A stretch of 64,000 bases of DNA, taken from assembly GCF_018350175.1 (NCBI RefSeq), contig NC_058368.1, positions 164,054,001 to 164,118,000 on the forward strand. Direction: 5' to 3'. Below, one piece after another: positions 62,001 through 64,000 of the stretch. The position numbers and the translations under genes are program-made. The stretch comes from Felis catus (lineage: Eukaryota). Within the stretch, counting starts at the first letter, position 1. Each line of letters begins with the position of its first letter. The notes beneath the pieces were generated by a model, which did no database searches, had not been told where the DNA came from, and worked only from the letters and a program-made list of their open reading frames with translations.

Positions 62001-63635
62001 ATTCAGGATGATCTCATCCCAAGATTGTTAACTTAATTACATCTGTAAAGAACCCTCTTTTCCAATAGGTCACACTCACTCCTTCTGAGTGAAGAGATAT
62101 TTTCTGAGGTCACCATTTAACTTATTACAACTTTTATATCAGCAGCTGACAGAGAAAATAAACAGAAAATTGGCAGGAATAAAATAATAGCACTGCTATC
62201 AACCAATAAGATATGATCAACATTTGTAGATCATTATACCAACCAGAAGAATACACGTTCTTTTCAAATGTCCACAGAACATATACCAAGATAGACCACT
62301 TTTTCTGAGTGTAAAACAAACTTCAAAAAATTTAGAAGGATTAAAATCAGAAAGAATTTGTTCTTTTACCACTATATAATTAAACTAGACACAAATAGCA
62401 GGAAGATAACAGGAAAGTCTCCAAACCACTTGGAAATACACACAGTTCTAAACAACATACTTCTATATAATTCATGGGTCAAGGAGAAAGTCTCAAGAGA
62501 AAGTAAAAAAGAAATAATTTAATTAAATGAATATTAAAGCAAATTTGTGGGACACAAAGCAGATTTGAAAAGGACATTTATAACACTGCTTAAATAAGCA
62601 GAAAAGTCTCAAATCAGTAATCTAAGATCCCATGTAAGGGCCTATAATAAGAAGACCAAATTAAAACCAAAAGAAGAAAAAGAAACAATAAAGAGCATAA
62701 ATTAAGAAAATTGAAAACAGAAAAGACAATGGAGAATATCAATGAAACCAAAACTGGCTGTTAGTAAAGATCAATAAAATTGACAGACCTCTAGCAATAC
62801 TGACAAAAGAAGGAAAAGGCAAAACATTACCACTACCAGGAATGAAATAGGATCTATCACTATAGAGACTTTAAATATCAAGAAGATAATGAGGGACTAC
62901 TACAATTATATATACATCAATTTGACAACTTAGATGATTTCTGATTTCCTCAAAAAGTATAAGTTTCCACATCTTATCCAATATGAAATGGGACATTTGA
63001 ATATTCCTATGAATATTAAGGAAACAAATTTGTAATGTAAAAATTTCTGAAAGAAAATATCTAAGCCCAGATATTTTCACTGGAGAATTCTACCAAAAGT
63101 TTAAAAAATTAATGCCATTTCTACACAATCTTTTTCAGAAATTAGAAGAGGGAGAACATTTCTTAACTTAGGAAGCTAGGAGTACCTAGATAACAAAACC
63201 AAAAGCAATTAGAAAGAAAGAACAACTATAGAATTATATCCTATACCATGATATACTACTGAGAAGTGAAGAGCTACAAACGTGATACATGCAACAATTT
63301 GGATGATTCCCCAGAAAATTATGCTCTATAAAAAGAGTTGTATTATGGGATTCTTGAAATGACAAAATTATTGGATGGAGAATAGATTAATGGTTGCTAG
63401 GAATTAAGAATGAGGATTGAGGGACAGAAATGTATGTTGCTATAAAAGTACAACATGAGGGTTCTTTGTGGTGCTGTAGATATTCTGTACATTGATTATA
63501 TTATCATCAATATGCTATAGTTTTGTCAGATGTTACCATTGGGAAAATAGGGTTTAGGGTGTGTGGGACCTCTCTGTGGTATTGTTTACAACTTGAGTTA
63601 ATCTATAATTATCTCTAAATAAAACAATTAAAAGT
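59080..63635 (+). mobile_element. L1MD-like LINE with 5'UTR, ORF1, ORF2 5' half and 3'UTR (internal deletion, all frames dead)
   Basis: aagaagatggagta 5' start; ORF1 remnants ~60050-60920; ORF2 start at 61322 (MADLSSTISKITLNITGLN, endonuclease-like); NYR..S at ~63225 joined to YTM-YY and an L1MD-type 3'UTR. Confidence 0.88.
61664..62129 (-). mobile_element. MaLR solo LTR (MLT1C-like) inside L1 ORF2
   Basis: taacaaagtaccagaaacttgg...ggagaatctgttttatgcatctc...ggcccaccct...aacttaattacatctgtaaag; the L1 endonuclease region resumes after it. Confidence 0.88.
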
Positions 63636-63641
63636 TTCAGT

Positions 63642-63826
63642 AAATTCAAATTTCAGTGTCCATAATTAACTTTTTATTGGTACACAGTCACATTCATTTG
63701 TATATATATTACCTATATGTTCTTTTGTATGGAAACAGTTGATTAATTGTGACAGAGACCTTATGAACTATAAAGTCTAAAATATTTACTATATGGGTCC
63801 TTATAGAAACTGTTTGCTGAACCCTG
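63642..63826 (+). mobile_element. MER58B hAT-Charlie element, right part
   Basis: aaattcaaatttcagtgtccata...aaatatttacta...tttgctgaaccctg followed by TSD atctattt (63827-63834). Confidence 0.88.
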
Positions 63827-64000
63827 ATCTATTTGATGAATTTCTCTCATTTCTGCTTCAGCAGCTGCCTGTTTTTGGCCAGACTTTACCATTTTCTTGG
63901 TGGCTCAGTCCTGCCCCATACTTCTCAGCTGATCTTGTTTTCAGGCTGAGAATATAATGCACTTTTGCTCTCTTGATTAGTGTTGCCCTGGAAATTCATC

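Overview
This is AT-rich mammalian non-coding DNA, almost certainly from a felid. I count 24 tRNA-derived carnivore SINEs (CanSINE/SINEC, several of young felid type with intact CpGs), plus carnivore L1 3' tips. I cannot recognise any protein-coding exon or gene. The supplied ORFs are chance frames or read through SINEs, microsatellites and decayed transposons. The window looks like part of a long intron or an intergenic region. The 16:8 minus-strand bias of the SINEs and two candidate micro-exons weakly favour a host transcript on the + strand. Most of the sequence is a layered transposon record: L1MD, L1ME, HAL1, L2, CR1/L3, an RTE-like fossil, MIRs, MaLR and ERV1 solo LTRs, and hAT/Tigger DNA elements. 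Repeat family names come from recalled consensus sequences and need a Dfam/RepeatMasker check. The best leads are (1) a 12-nt in-frame micro-exon candidate with near-consensus splice sites (14273-14284) next to a dense TF-motif cluster; (2) a nested MER58B>L1MD>MLT1C element bounded by a perfect 8-bp TSD 4.9 kb apart; (3) three SINEs inserted one after another at the same target site; (4) two convergent ERV solo LTRs inside one HAL1; and (5) a repeat-poor block with RFX/FOX-like motifs. I found no convincing new multi-gene system.
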